IMG/VR virus record: IMGVR_UViG_3300014309_000025
Span: 66 to 64,065 of that record
DNA: 64,000 nucleotides
Strand: one strand, 5' to 3'
From: a virus
In this document: positions 1-8,036 of the stretch, piece by piece
Layout: each line of letters opens with the position of its first letter
Position numbering within the stretch: position 1 is the stretch's first letter
Position numbers and translations under genes: made by a program
The notes under the pieces: generated by a model
Told to the model about the DNA's origin: nothing
Databases searched by the model: none
Seen by the model: only the letters and a program-made list of their open reading frames with translations

Positions 1-462
1 AATTTACCTGATGGTATCAGAAAGGATCTGGGAACCGCAATAGCAACTGACCTATTCTCTATCCTGGAGAGGGCCAATACATATTTCCAAACAGAATGGG
101 AAAACTTAAATATCGTCCCGGCAAGAATTACACCCATTAAGGAATCCCTACCAGTTGAGGAAGAGGAGGAACGGCCTGCTCAAAAAGAACAGGAATTCCC
201 TTACCTTAGAGTATATTTCAGTAGTCAAACTGACAGGATAATAATAAGGGATTTTCTAATATCCAATGACCCGGAACTTAACATAATCTTTTACAAAGAA
301 ACATCTGAGGATGTCGATTATGTTATGCTTATAAAAATGTACTCTTTACAGGACGAAGGCTTATTAGAATTAATAAAAAGGGGTAAGCTATATTACCATA
401 TAAATGACATAGAAACGGAGACAGTATACTTTACCAAAAAAGAGATAGAAGAACTACGCTAA
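1..462 (+). CDS. hypothetical protein, 5'-truncated
   Basis: Frame 1 is open from position 1 (NLPDGIRKDLG...) to TAA at 460-462 and is followed by a terminator. Translated by hand; not in the ORF track. Confidence 0.75.
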   Translation, partial: NLPDGIRKDLGTAIATDLFSILERANTYFQTEWENLNIVPARITPIKESLPVEEEEERPAQKEQEFPYLRVYFSSQTDRIIIRDFLISNDPELNIIFYKETSEDVDYVMLIKMYSLQDEGLLELIKRGKLYYHINDIETETVYFTKKEIEELR

Positions 463-485
463 AAACTCTAGAACGCTAGTCTAAT

Positions 486-512
486 AAGGCACTCCAAGGT
501 GCCTTTTATTTT
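486..512 (+). terminator. intrinsic terminator
   Basis: Stem AAGGCAC (486-492) / GTGCCTT (499-505) followed by a T-rich tract. Confidence 0.7.
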
Positions 513-530
513 GGACTATTTAGAATAACC
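513..530 (+). promoter_or_regulatory. putative phage-specific promoter motif ACTATT-N4-ATAA
   Basis: GGACTATTTAGAATAACC. The motif recurs upstream of at least 9 genes (see findings). Confidence 0.55.
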
Positions 531-568
531 AGAGTCAACATAGACCATAACTAAATACACATAAGGAA

Positions 569-1504
569 ATGAGTAAATCCAGTAACAAATTAGGCCCAGA
601 AGATCCCAGAATCCCAAGGCCCATCGGTACCACATACATGGCAATGTCCTACCAAAAAGACCCCACTCCGGATGCTAAATCCCAGCTCATAAAACATATA
701 ATAAATAGCTACATCACTCAAGGATTTAGGCTCAATGGGACATCCTACAACCTAACCCAAATATCTATTCTATTAAATATTCCATTAGAAACTACTCTAG
801 AGGTATTCTCAGATGTAAGCCATAGTTTAGGGGCTTTACTATCACCAGAGAAGATAGAGGATACACTAAGAACTGCTATGACAATGTCTCTTACTTGGTC
901 ACTTCAGGATAAGGGAAGGCTGGAGAAACAGGTAGAGCTTCTTCTTAAGAGCCAAGGAGATGGATACAAACCCTTCATCACATCCGAAGTGAACAAGGCA
1001 TTAAAATCCAACCTCGACGCTAACAAGAATATTATGGACTTCTTCAAAACTTTAACCACTGCTAATACTACAGTAGTACAAATCTTCAACGGCTCTAAAA
1101 AGGAACAAGGTGATACCCTAAACACCCTTCAGGCCCTGAAGCTTATACAGGATCAGGCTTCCCTACCAGCCCCACAAAAAACAAACATCTTAGACAATAT
1201 TTACAATGAACATAATCTAGATCAAATAGAAGAACTAAATACTGAGAAGAATACAGAGAGTAGTTCAGTATTAGTAAATAATAAGGAATTAAAGGAACAG
1301 CTTAATAGGGATAGTAAAGCTCTTGGGCAAGAGGTAAGGGATCAAATCACCAGCTCTGCGCAGCCCTATCGCCCGCCCACCAAGGGGTCCGAGAGCCTTA
1401 TCGCCTACCCTGAAAAGGCTATTAAGCCCTTAAAAAAGGGTACCCACCAAGACTTTTTTAGGAGAAGAGGCCTTGATATCCAGGACGTGGATTTAGCCCC
1501 ATAG
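569..1504 (+). CDS. hypothetical protein (possible DNA-binding protein or small terminase)
   Basis: 311-aa ORF with an HTH-like segment (LTQISILLNIPLETTLEVFS), next to the repeat region. Function is inferred only. Confidence 0.6.
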   Translation: MSKSSNKLGPEDPRIPRPIGTTYMAMSYQKDPTPDAKSQLIKHIINSYITQGFRLNGTSYNLTQISILLNIPLETTLEVFSDVSHSLGALLSPEKIEDTLRTAMTMSLTWSLQDKGRLEKQVELLLKSQGDGYKPFITSEVNKALKSNLDANKNIMDFFKTLTTANTTVVQIFNGSKKEQGDTLNTLQALKLIQDQASLPAPQKTNILDNIYNEHNLDQIEELNTEKNTESSSVLVNNKELKEQLNRDSKALGQEVRDQITSSAQPYRPPTKGSESLIAYPEKAIKPLKKGTHQDFFRRRGLDIQDVDLAP

Positions 1505-1790
1505 CCCCCATTTCCCTGACCTTAAACCCTGATAATCCCTGTCCTAATCCCTATAGGGCCATCAGGGTTTTTCTGTGGGATTAGTGGGACCCAACTCAGG
1601 GATTAAGGTAAGGATTAAGGGCTTTAACTGGGTAAGGATCTAGGACAATAAGGCCTTGCAAGCTTAGTACAATAAAGCCCTTTCATGGCCCAAAGGAGCC
1701 CAAGCTTATGGGATATAAGGCCTTAATGGCCCTGATTGAGGATTAGGATAGCCTTAATGGCCCTACCCGGTAAAATAAGTAAAATAAAGG

Positions 1791-1828
1791 TTGCAAATGG
1801 TATTCCCGGATATTATATTTGCATTATA
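1791..1828 (+). promoter_or_regulatory. Bacteroidota primary-sigma promoter (-33 TTG / -7 TAnnTTTG)
   Basis: TTG at 1791-1793, a 20-nt spacer, then TATATTTG at 1814-1821, upstream of ORF 1855. Confidence 0.75.
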
Positions 1829-1854
1829 AAAATATGCAATAAAACCTTATAGCC

Positions 1855-2067
1855 ATGAATACACCTGAAACCAGATGGAAACAAACAAAGTTCCTAATCA
1901 CCATAATCTTTGGTATATTAGGGTTAACCATAGTTTGTGCCATATCCTCAAACCTCAAGGCTAAGGCGTTCCAAGAATGTATTGATAAAGAACCCACAGA
2001 CTGGGTTTGTGATAGTTGTTGGCAAGTTATCTACCATGAGCCTATACCTTTTAAAACTACTCATTAA
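1855..2067 (+). CDS. small membrane-anchored protein with a CxxC motif
   Basis: 70 aa, N-terminal transmembrane helix, C-terminal WVCDSCW, preceded by a consensus host promoter. Confidence 0.7.
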   Translation: MNTPETRWKQTKFLITIIFGILGLTIVCAISSNLKAKAFQECIDKEPTDWVCDSCWQVIYHEPIPFKTTH

Positions 2068-2453
2068 TATATCTGCTTCAGGTAGCTCAAGGGCAATCAA
2101 AACTTTAGTGCTAGCAGAGTAACTTACTGTACTTGCAATATATCTGCTTAAGGCGTATTGCTAGCTTATTTGTGTGCCCCAGCTTAGAGGCCATCAGGGC
2201 CCCTCAGAGCTTAGTAGGGCCTTATTGACCGAGAGCTTCGGGTAGCCATAATGGCCCTAGTCCTCAATGTAAGGTAAGTAGGCCTTAATGGCCCTAGGGA
2301 CTGTCAGGGTAGCGGCTTAGAGGTAGGGTAGGTGGGTAGGGCCTGAAGGTAGAGTTAAATATAAATATAAACGTAAATAAAATTTTTAAATTTAAAAAAT
2401 AAAAATAAATAAAAATATTTTGCAAAAATGTAACATCGTATTAATTTAAATCG

Positions 2454-2461
2454 TATATTTG
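2454..2461 (+). promoter_or_regulatory. Bacteroidota -7 promoter element
   Basis: TATATTTG starting 43 nt upstream of ATG 2497, in a very AT-rich upstream region. No -33 element at canonical spacing. Confidence 0.6.
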
Positions 2462-2496
2462 ATTGTTCAAATTTATTAACACTAAAATTTAAAAAA

Positions 2497-2892
2497 ATGA
2501 AAACAGCAGAAACAAAAGCAGCAGTAATCGTAAACACGATTGATGAAAAATTAGCAAAATTAAATCTTAACAATTTTGTTAAGAATGGTCAAGGTCGCAA
2601 AACTATCTACAAAGTAGATGAATCAATTCAGAATGATGAAAGAGCAATGAAAATTTTTAGACGTAATTTGCGCAGAGAAAAAACGCAAATTTGTTTAAAA
2701 GTTGTTCGAGAATATTCAGAAACAAAAAAACTTTCGAATGCAACTTTGAACGAGTTCAAAAAGTTTTATGCTGAAAAATTTATTACAAATGATTTCAGCA
2801 ATCAAAGTTTCTCTTCTGTAAATGAAGAAAAAGATTCTGCAAAATTGTATGAGTTAACTTTAGAAATTGTAAAAACTTCAATTTCTAAGTAA
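2497..2892 (+). CDS. putative early protein, hypothetical
   Basis: 131 aa, basic, A-rich leader, its own promoter and terminator; contains no Pro or Trp. Confidence 0.8.
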   Translation: MKTAETKAAVIVNTIDEKLAKLNLNNFVKNGQGRKTIYKVDESIQNDERAMKIFRRNLRREKTQICLKVVREYSETKKLSNATLNEFKKFYAEKFITNDFSNQSFSSVNEEKDSAKLYELTLEIVKTSISK

Positions 2893-2899
2893 ATTTATT

Positions 2900-2940
2900 A
2901 AGGTTGCAAAACTAAAAACTTTGCAACCTTTTTTATTTTT
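2900..2940 (+). terminator. intrinsic terminator
   Basis: Stem AAGGTTGCAAA (2900-2910) / TTTGCAACCTT (2920-2930) plus T tract. Confidence 0.8.
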
Positions 2941-2974
2941 TATCGTAATATAAATAAATTTAAAAATTAAAATT

Positions 2975-3091
2975 ATGAATACTTTACAGATTATTTTATC
3001 AGTTTTTGCAAGTTTAGTTTGTTTAGCTATTTTTGCAAGTTGGGTTAAATGCGCTATAATTTTAGTTACTAACGCAAAAAAAAGTAACTAA
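2975..3091 (+). CDS. 38-aa hydrophobic (membrane) peptide
   Basis: Translated by hand: MNTLQIILSVFASLVCLAIFASWVKCAIILVTNAKKSN*. A-rich leader; its stop lies 1 nt before the next ATG (3093). Confidence 0.65.
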   Translation: MNTLQIILSVFASLVCLAIFASWVKCAIILVTNAKKSN

Positions 3092-3092
3092 C

Positions 3093-3515
3093 ATGAAAAG
3101 TATAGAGACAATGCAAGCAGAAATATTAAGTACAAATAATACATTCTCTTTTGTACATAATATTAAAACAGTACAATTATTTATTATGAACATGATCGTA
3201 TTGTACTTACAAATGAATAGCGAAACAGACAGAGCAGCAATACAAAATAAGATATACTCTTTGTGCATTGCAGCAAAATTTAATTATAAGAGCTACTTAA
3301 AAAGATATGTGATACATACATATTTTAATAAGATGAGCAGTGACTATACTTTGCATATTATAATTAAATATTTTGATGCAATAAACTTTTTTGATGTTCA
3401 TAGTACAAATAAAAAGTTATTGCGTTATATCAAATATAAATTAGAAAATAAAAAAGAAAAAAATTTGATTGTATATATGAATGAAAAAAATAAGATTATG
3501 CATATTAGTCTATAA
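3093..3515 (+). CDS. putative early protein, hypothetical
   Basis: 140 aa, contains no Gly, Pro or Trp; followed by a terminator. Confidence 0.7.
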   Translation: MKSIETMQAEILSTNNTFSFVHNIKTVQLFIMNMIVLYLQMNSETDRAAIQNKIYSLCIAAKFNYKSYLKRYVIHTYFNKMSSDYTLHIIIKYFDAINFFDVHSTNKKLLRYIKYKLENKKEKNLIVYMNEKNKIMHISL

Positions 3516-3527
3516 CAATATTAAATT

Positions 3528-3566
3528 AAAGTTTAAAAGTTGTCCCCTAACTTTTAAACTTTTTTT
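3528..3566 (+). terminator. intrinsic terminator
   Basis: Stem AAAGTTTAAAAGTT (3528-3541) / AACTTTTAAACTTT (3549-3562) plus T tract. Confidence 0.75.
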
Positions 3567-3763
3567 ATTGATTGTCATGTACACCGAGCTCCTTTTCCAT
3601 AGCCCTATCCCCACTACGTGGTTAAGGGCTTTACCCCACACCTGAAAAGCAAAGGCTCTACCTGACACTTTTTCCTGATAGGCTTTCCGGACAAAAATAT
3701 CCTGGGGCTTTACAACACACATTAAGGGATTTAACACACAAGTAGCACTAAACAGATCCACAC

Positions 3764-3794
3764 AAAAAAGGGCCCCCTCCTGGAAGCCCCTTCT
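3764..3794 (-). terminator. terminator of the minus-strand operon
   Basis: The minus strand reads GGGCTTCC-AGGA-GGGGGCCC-TTTTTT just after the stop of ORF 3811..4065. Confidence 0.65.
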
Positions 3795-3810
3795 TATATA
3801 CCCTATACCA

Positions 3811-4065
3811 TTACCTGGGACATTCGGAGTTGTACTCTGCACCGGGTTCCTTAGCCTGAACATCTTCTGCCCTAATACCCTGCCCTATGATTTCAATCCG
3901 GCCTTCATCGAAGTACTGGGCATCCTTGAGTTCCATTTTATCGGGGTCTACCGGGGGTCTTAAAGCATACTGGTTACACCCGTAAAGGTATTCTACCTTG
4001 GCAACTATGATCCCTGTGAATCCGGTTACCCTGTCTTTTCCTAGTTTTCCAAATTTTTCATCCAT
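3811..4065 (-). CDS. hypothetical phage protein
   Basis: 84 aa with a DRVTGFTGI...YLYGC pattern typical of small SH3-like phage proteins. Confidence 0.75.
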   Translation of the reverse strand: MDEKFGKLGKDRVTGFTGIIVAKVEYLYGCNQYALRPPVDPDKMELKDAQYFDEGRIEIIGQGIRAEDVQAKEPGAEYNSECPR

Positions 4066-4131
4066 TACTTTGGGGTTTTAAGTTTATAAAATATAAGTAA
4101 AAGTGTTAAGTACTTCATAGCTTCGTTATTG

Positions 4132-4935
4132 TTATTTTATCCCAAATAATTTCTTAAACCAACTCCAGATTTTTTGCCAGAAAGTTAAACTTATTACCGG
4201 AATTTCTTCATCTGGTAGGGCTTCAATTTCCCCATCAAACCATGAAAAAGCTTTCTTTAGCTTTAGTTCATCCTTACATATAAGTTGGGGAGTTTGGGGG
4301 TAATCTTCACTGGGTAAATAAACCCTTATCAAGTTAAACCATTCCTGGAAGGTTACATTTGGGGTAAAAGTATTTTTTAAGTAATAAGTCCCTGCCCCAT
4401 TATTTAAATCCGAAGCATCATAACTATACTCATCGTCCGAGCAAGCTGATATGTAAATGGCATTCAAGGATACGGATTCTTTCATACCCTTTAATTGTGA
4501 GTATTTAGGTATTTCTGTTGTTGGGAAATACCTAACCTTAGCTCCTGCCTTTTTTAACATTCCCCCTGAAAAGCAAACATCCCAGAATATGAAAAATGGG
4601 AATCCTTTAGGTATCTTTGAAAGTATTTCTACTATCTCATAATCCCAAACTACACCATCCAGAAAGTATAACCCCTCATGGCCTAGGTTATTAGTCCCAT
4701 GTCCTGAGTGGGTATTAGCTATACCTGAAACTTCCCCCGAAATAGATAAGTCTACTAATCTGTTAAGCTCACTTAGGAATTTTACCTTAGTTACCTGTTT
4801 CTCAAAAATCGTAGTAGTATAAAACCCTAAAAATCCAAAAAGTGAGGACATATCCTCAGCATCATGTACACATTGATACAATTCACTATTTGTACCAACA
4901 TAATTTGTACCTAAACAACTTGCTTCTTTTCTCAT
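4132..4935 (-). CDS. caspase-family (peptidase C14) metacaspase-like protease
   Basis: Catalytic His in HSGHG, catalytic Cys in WDVCFSGG, plus ISACSDDEYSYD, GAGT and QTPQL motifs. Confidence 0.85.
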   Translation of the reverse strand: MRKEASCLGTNYVGTNSELYQCVHDAEDMSSLFGFLGFYTTTIFEKQVTKVKFLSELNRLVDLSISGEVSGIANTHSGHGTNNLGHEGLYFLDGVVWDYEIVEILSKIPKGFPFFIFWDVCFSGGMLKKAGAKVRYFPTTEIPKYSQLKGMKESVSLNAIYISACSDDEYSYDASDLNNGAGTYYLKNTFTPNVTFQEWFNLIRVYLPSEDYPQTPQLICKDELKLKKAFSWFDGEIEALPDEEIPVISLTFWQKIWSWFKKLFGIK

Positions 4936-4938
4936 AGT

Positions 4939-6054
4939 TTAAATTGTTAATCCCGTTGATAAATGCCCTTTGATTGCTGGATGGTGATTGTACCCGGTTA
5001 CTTCTAAGTCCCCAAATTTTATATCATTTATGCTACCCCATTTCCTATCAGATATTTTAAGAATGGGTAATGGGTAGGGTTCTCTGGTGAGTTGTTCCTT
5101 AACCTGATCCATGTGGTCTTCGTAAATATGAACTGAGTTACCCGACCATATAAATTCTCCTGGTACCATATTTACTAGTTTAGCTACGATGTGGGTTAGG
5201 AAGGCATATGATGCTATATTGTATGGTACCCCCAGGAAAGTGTCGCAAGACCGTTGGACCATTTTACAGTCCAGGTAATATTTCGGGATATTTAGGTCAT
5301 CATATTCTTTATTTACATCACCATCTGTAGCATTTGGGTTCATACCAAATCTATCTTCTTCACTAAAATTGTGGATTTTAGCAAAATAATCCTCCCTCTG
5401 GGTTGCTTTCATTAACCTGCAATTAAACATAAACAACATGTGGCAAGGGGGTAATGCCATGTAATCAAGTTCAGCTGGGTTCCAGGCTGTAACTATATGG
5501 TACCTAGATAATGGGTTTTCCCTTATACTAATAATAATGCTTTTTATCTGGTCTATATATGTTGAAAAATTATGTGTATCCGGCCCTTTCCATTTTCTCC
5601 ATTGAGCCCCATATACTCTTCCCAGATCACCCATTTTATAATCTTTATATTTGGGTAATTGCCAATAGTTTTGTTTAACCTTATCAACAAATTCCTTAAA
5701 ACTCATTACTCGGTATAAACCATCTTCATTCTGGTGAAGTATCCCGTTCTGGTCACTGTCACCATTTAATTCTGCAAACCTTAGATAATATTTATAGGCA
5801 TCCTTGTTCCAAATATTTACCCCGTTATCTACGAGGTATTTAATGTTTGTGTCCCCTTTTAGGAACCAAAGCATTTCATGAAGTACTGATTGCCAACTTA
5901 CTTCCTTAGTTGTTACTAATGGGAACCCTTCTTGGAGGTTAAACCTTTTTTCTATGGAAAATACATCCAATGTTTTTGGCATGTTTTCTCTTGCGGGGTC
6001 TTTCCAGGTACCTTTCTCTAGGATTTCGTCTAGGATTTCTAAATACTGTTTCAT
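4939..6054 (-). CDS. thyA: thymidylate synthase
   Basis: GFPLVTTK, EMLWFLKG, GRVYGAQWR, AWNP, ALPPCH, QRSCDTFLGVPYNIASY (Asn177-equivalent, dUMP-specific) and HIY motifs. Confidence 0.97.
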   Translation of the reverse strand: MKQYLEILDEILEKGTWKDPARENMPKTLDVFSIEKRFNLQEGFPLVTTKEVSWQSVLHEMLWFLKGDTNIKYLVDNGVNIWNKDAYKYYLRFAELNGDSDQNGILHQNEDGLYRVMSFKEFVDKVKQNYWQLPKYKDYKMGDLGRVYGAQWRKWKGPDTHNFSTYIDQIKSIIISIRENPLSRYHIVTAWNPAELDYMALPPCHMLFMFNCRLMKATQREDYFAKIHNFSEEDRFGMNPNATDGDVNKEYDDLNIPKYYLDCKMVQRSCDTFLGVPYNIASYAFLTHIVAKLVNMVPGEFIWSGNSVHIYEDHMDQVKEQLTREPYPLPILKISDRKWGSINDIKFGDLEVTGYNHHPAIKGHLSTGLTI

Positions 6055-6515
6055 CTGCGTCTTTTATTCTTAAATTGGTATGAAAATCCAATTATAGATT
6101 CCCAATTAAGGATATCTGTTATCATTATACTCGTTAATCGTTCCTTTACATTTAAAGAGAACCCTACTTCAAATGAGTATTTATGGATTTTATCTAGTTG
6201 AATAATCCTATCATCAGTATTAGTATTATAAAACCAATTCCTGTTTACCCCTATATAGGGGCACATTCCCCGAGTCTTAATTGAGATGCCCAGCCCCAGT
6301 TTGGCATTTTCAGTGTAGAAAATTCCCCCATCCTCATGTTGGCCCTTAATATCACCCCACCAAGCATGGGAGTATACCCCTATTTTATTAAACTGCTGAT
6401 TATAAAGCAATCCAGGGCGAAAAAAGGTTGGTTCTAGTGTCACAAAAAGCTGTGCACTTGATATTACTGAACTTAGTAGTAATAATAATACTAGACAGAT
6501 TCGGATATTTGCCAT
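6051..6515 (-). CDS. secreted outer-membrane beta-barrel-like protein
   Basis: Signal peptide ending SSA|Q, amphipathic beta strands, and C-terminal IIGFSYQF resembling a beta-signal. Confidence 0.6.
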   Translation of the reverse strand: MANIRICLVLLLLLSSVISSAQLFVTLEPTFFRPGLLYNQQFNKIGVYSHAWWGDIKGQHEDGGIFYTENAKLGLGISIKTRGMCPYIGVNRNWFYNTNTDDRIIQLDKIHKYSFEVGFSLNVKERLTSIMITDILNWESIIGFSYQFKNKRRR

Positions 6516-6736
6516 TTCACTATGTTTTTGTAGTTTTCATCTTGAGTAATACTGGGGTTTATTAATATATCATCTTCCGGTACTCCTCCCCCATATACTC
6601 GGTATACATATATATGTTTAGTTATATGGGTCAAATGTTCATCCTTTACTAATTCTAACGGGCCAAACTTATCCTCTAGGAGTTTCATTATCCAGCCAAT
6701 TCTGGTTATATCTTCAGATAGTTTAATTATAGCCAT
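6491..6736 (-). CDS. hypothetical protein
   Basis: 81-aa ORF tightly packed in the operon. Confidence 0.6.
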   Translation of the reverse strand: MAIIKLSEDITRIGWIMKLLEDKFGPLELVKDEHLTHITKHIYVYRVYGGGVPEDDILINPSITQDENYKNIVKWQISESV

Positions 6737-7174
6737 TTAATATATAATATTACAGGTTTTGAAATCCATTGTTAAAGCCATTGGTATTAACCATCTAAGG
6801 TTAGGGATTATATTCATGTTACCTTTCAACAGTAAATCAGTAACTCTTACTGCAATGACTTCTTCATCAGTAACTGTCTGGGGTATATTATGATTAAGGG
6901 GAAGTACTGAGGTAAATAGGTATACTTGCCATATTCCTTCCTTATTTGCACTTCCCATCATACCAAAATATTCCCAAGCTTTTATTAGTACTCCAGTTTC
7001 TTCCTGGAACTCTCTTGTCATGGCTTCATCTATAAGTTCCCCCAGTTCAATGTGGCCCCCTATACCATTTAATTTACCAGATTGCCAATCTGGCCTATTT
7101 TTCTTAATTAAGAAAACAAATTCCTTATTTGAACTAAAAAGGAAACCTAATACGTATCTTTTTAAATTAGCCAT
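6737..7174 (-). CDS. Nudix hydrolase
   Basis: Nudix box GGHIELGELIDEAMTREFQEETG. Confidence 0.92.
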   Translation of the reverse strand: MANLKRYVLGFLFSSNKEFVFLIKKNRPDWQSGKLNGIGGHIELGELIDEAMTREFQEETGVLIKAWEYFGMMGSANKEGIWQVYLFTSVLPLNHNIPQTVTDEEVIAVRVTDLLLKGNMNIIPNLRWLIPMALTMDFKTCNIIY

Positions 7175-7746
7175 CTTTCAAGTTTTGTTTTATAGGGTAA
7201 TCTTACTATATGACGGGGCATCCCACTTTGTGTTTTTCCCAGGCAATATACCCTATTATCCCCGGACATCTCCTCAACCTGGTGTATTCTATTTTTGTAA
7301 TCTTCACCATTATTTCCCCACATGAAGATTACTTCTCTAGACATGCTTAATGCCACCCCTAGCCAGTAATCACTGTTTGGAGTATTAAGTGTCCCCCTGT
7401 TCATAAGAGTTAATAATTTAGGATCAGTAGATATAACTGATAATAGGTTAACCATTATTACACCCCCGTAGCCCTCTTGTTTTGCAAAACCAATACATTT
7501 GGAAGTAGTTGGGTCATTATTAACCCCATTAGCTTTTGAAGGATTTACTCCTATGAAAACTATTTTGGCTAATGATTTATCCCAAGTTCTCCATAGGATA
7601 TACCTATGAGTTTGATCAAAGTTAAATATTGCCCCCCATGCCTTACTCTTTAGGTGTTGGGTTAATGTAGGGAAGTCTTCAATTTCTCTTTGATACTGTT
7701 TCTCCCATATAGAGGGGTTATGTTGTAACTGTGTCGGGGTTGCCAT
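7162..7746 (-). CDS. DUF1643-family protein
   Basis: HRYILWRTWD...FIGVNPSKA...DPT...GYGG...VNL...WG...PRH pattern. Confidence 0.8.
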   Translation of the reverse strand: MATPTQLQHNPSIWEKQYQREIEDFPTLTQHLKSKAWGAIFNFDQTHRYILWRTWDKSLAKIVFIGVNPSKANGVNNDPTTSKCIGFAKQEGYGGVIMVNLLSVISTDPKLLTLMNRGTLNTPNSDYWLGVALSMSREVIFMWGNNGEDYKNRIHQVEEMSGDNRVYCLGKTQSGMPRHIVRLPYKTKLERWLI

Positions 7747-7987
7747 GGGGTAAATCGGGTATATGGGTATGGATACTTGTTTGATGGGTGTCCATTACAT
7801 CCGCCCATTCCTTAACCAATTTAACCATTTTTTTATCCCCCCCATTTTTCTTGAGCCTTTTGGCATAGGTTCTTAACATTTTGGGGGCTAAAGGGTCCTG
7901 ACCCCTTAATACAAATACGGGTTCATCCTGGGGAATTTTACCGGTTGCATCTTGGATGCCATTGTAATCTTGTCTTGCGTGTCTCAT
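7718..7987 (-). CDS. hypothetical phage protein
   Basis: 89 aa with a DEPVFVLRGQD motif; preceded by the ACTATT motif on the minus strand (8006-8011). Confidence 0.75.
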   Translation of the reverse strand: MRHARQDYNGIQDATGKIPQDEPVFVLRGQDPLAPKMLRTYAKRLKKNGGDKKMVKLVKEWADVMDTHQTSIHTHIPDLPHGNPDTVTT

Positions 7988-8036
7988 TGTGTAGAATTTA
8001 TTATAAATAGTAGACTCATTGCCTTATAGTTACAAG

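Larger units (their letters stand above)
1510..2345. repeat. GC-rich repeat region with GGCC-N5-GGCC interrupted palindromes and TAATCC/GGATTA repeats
   Basis: GGCCTTAATGGCCCT at 1719 and 2281; GCCTTAATGGCCCT at 1751; GCCATAATGGCCCT at 2245; GGCCATCAGGGCC at 2189; inverted repeat AAACCCTGAT (1524) / ATCAGGGTTT (1561); AATATATCTGCTT at 2066 and 2137. Confidence 0.8.

Noticed and set aside
2307-2341. G-quadruplex (four GGG tracts)
   Set aside because: The first loop is 16 nt and G-runs are common throughout this genome, so it is not distinguishable from background.
1510-2345. CRISPR mini-array
   Set aside because: The repeats are only 13-15 nt, irregularly spaced and interrupted by an ORF; there is no repeat-spacer periodicity.
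2355-2573. Minus-strand ORFs 2355..2573, 3062..3268 and 3510..3863, and plus-strand ORF 1937..2122
   Set aside because: They overlap better-supported genes, promoters or terminators and probably arise from low complexity.
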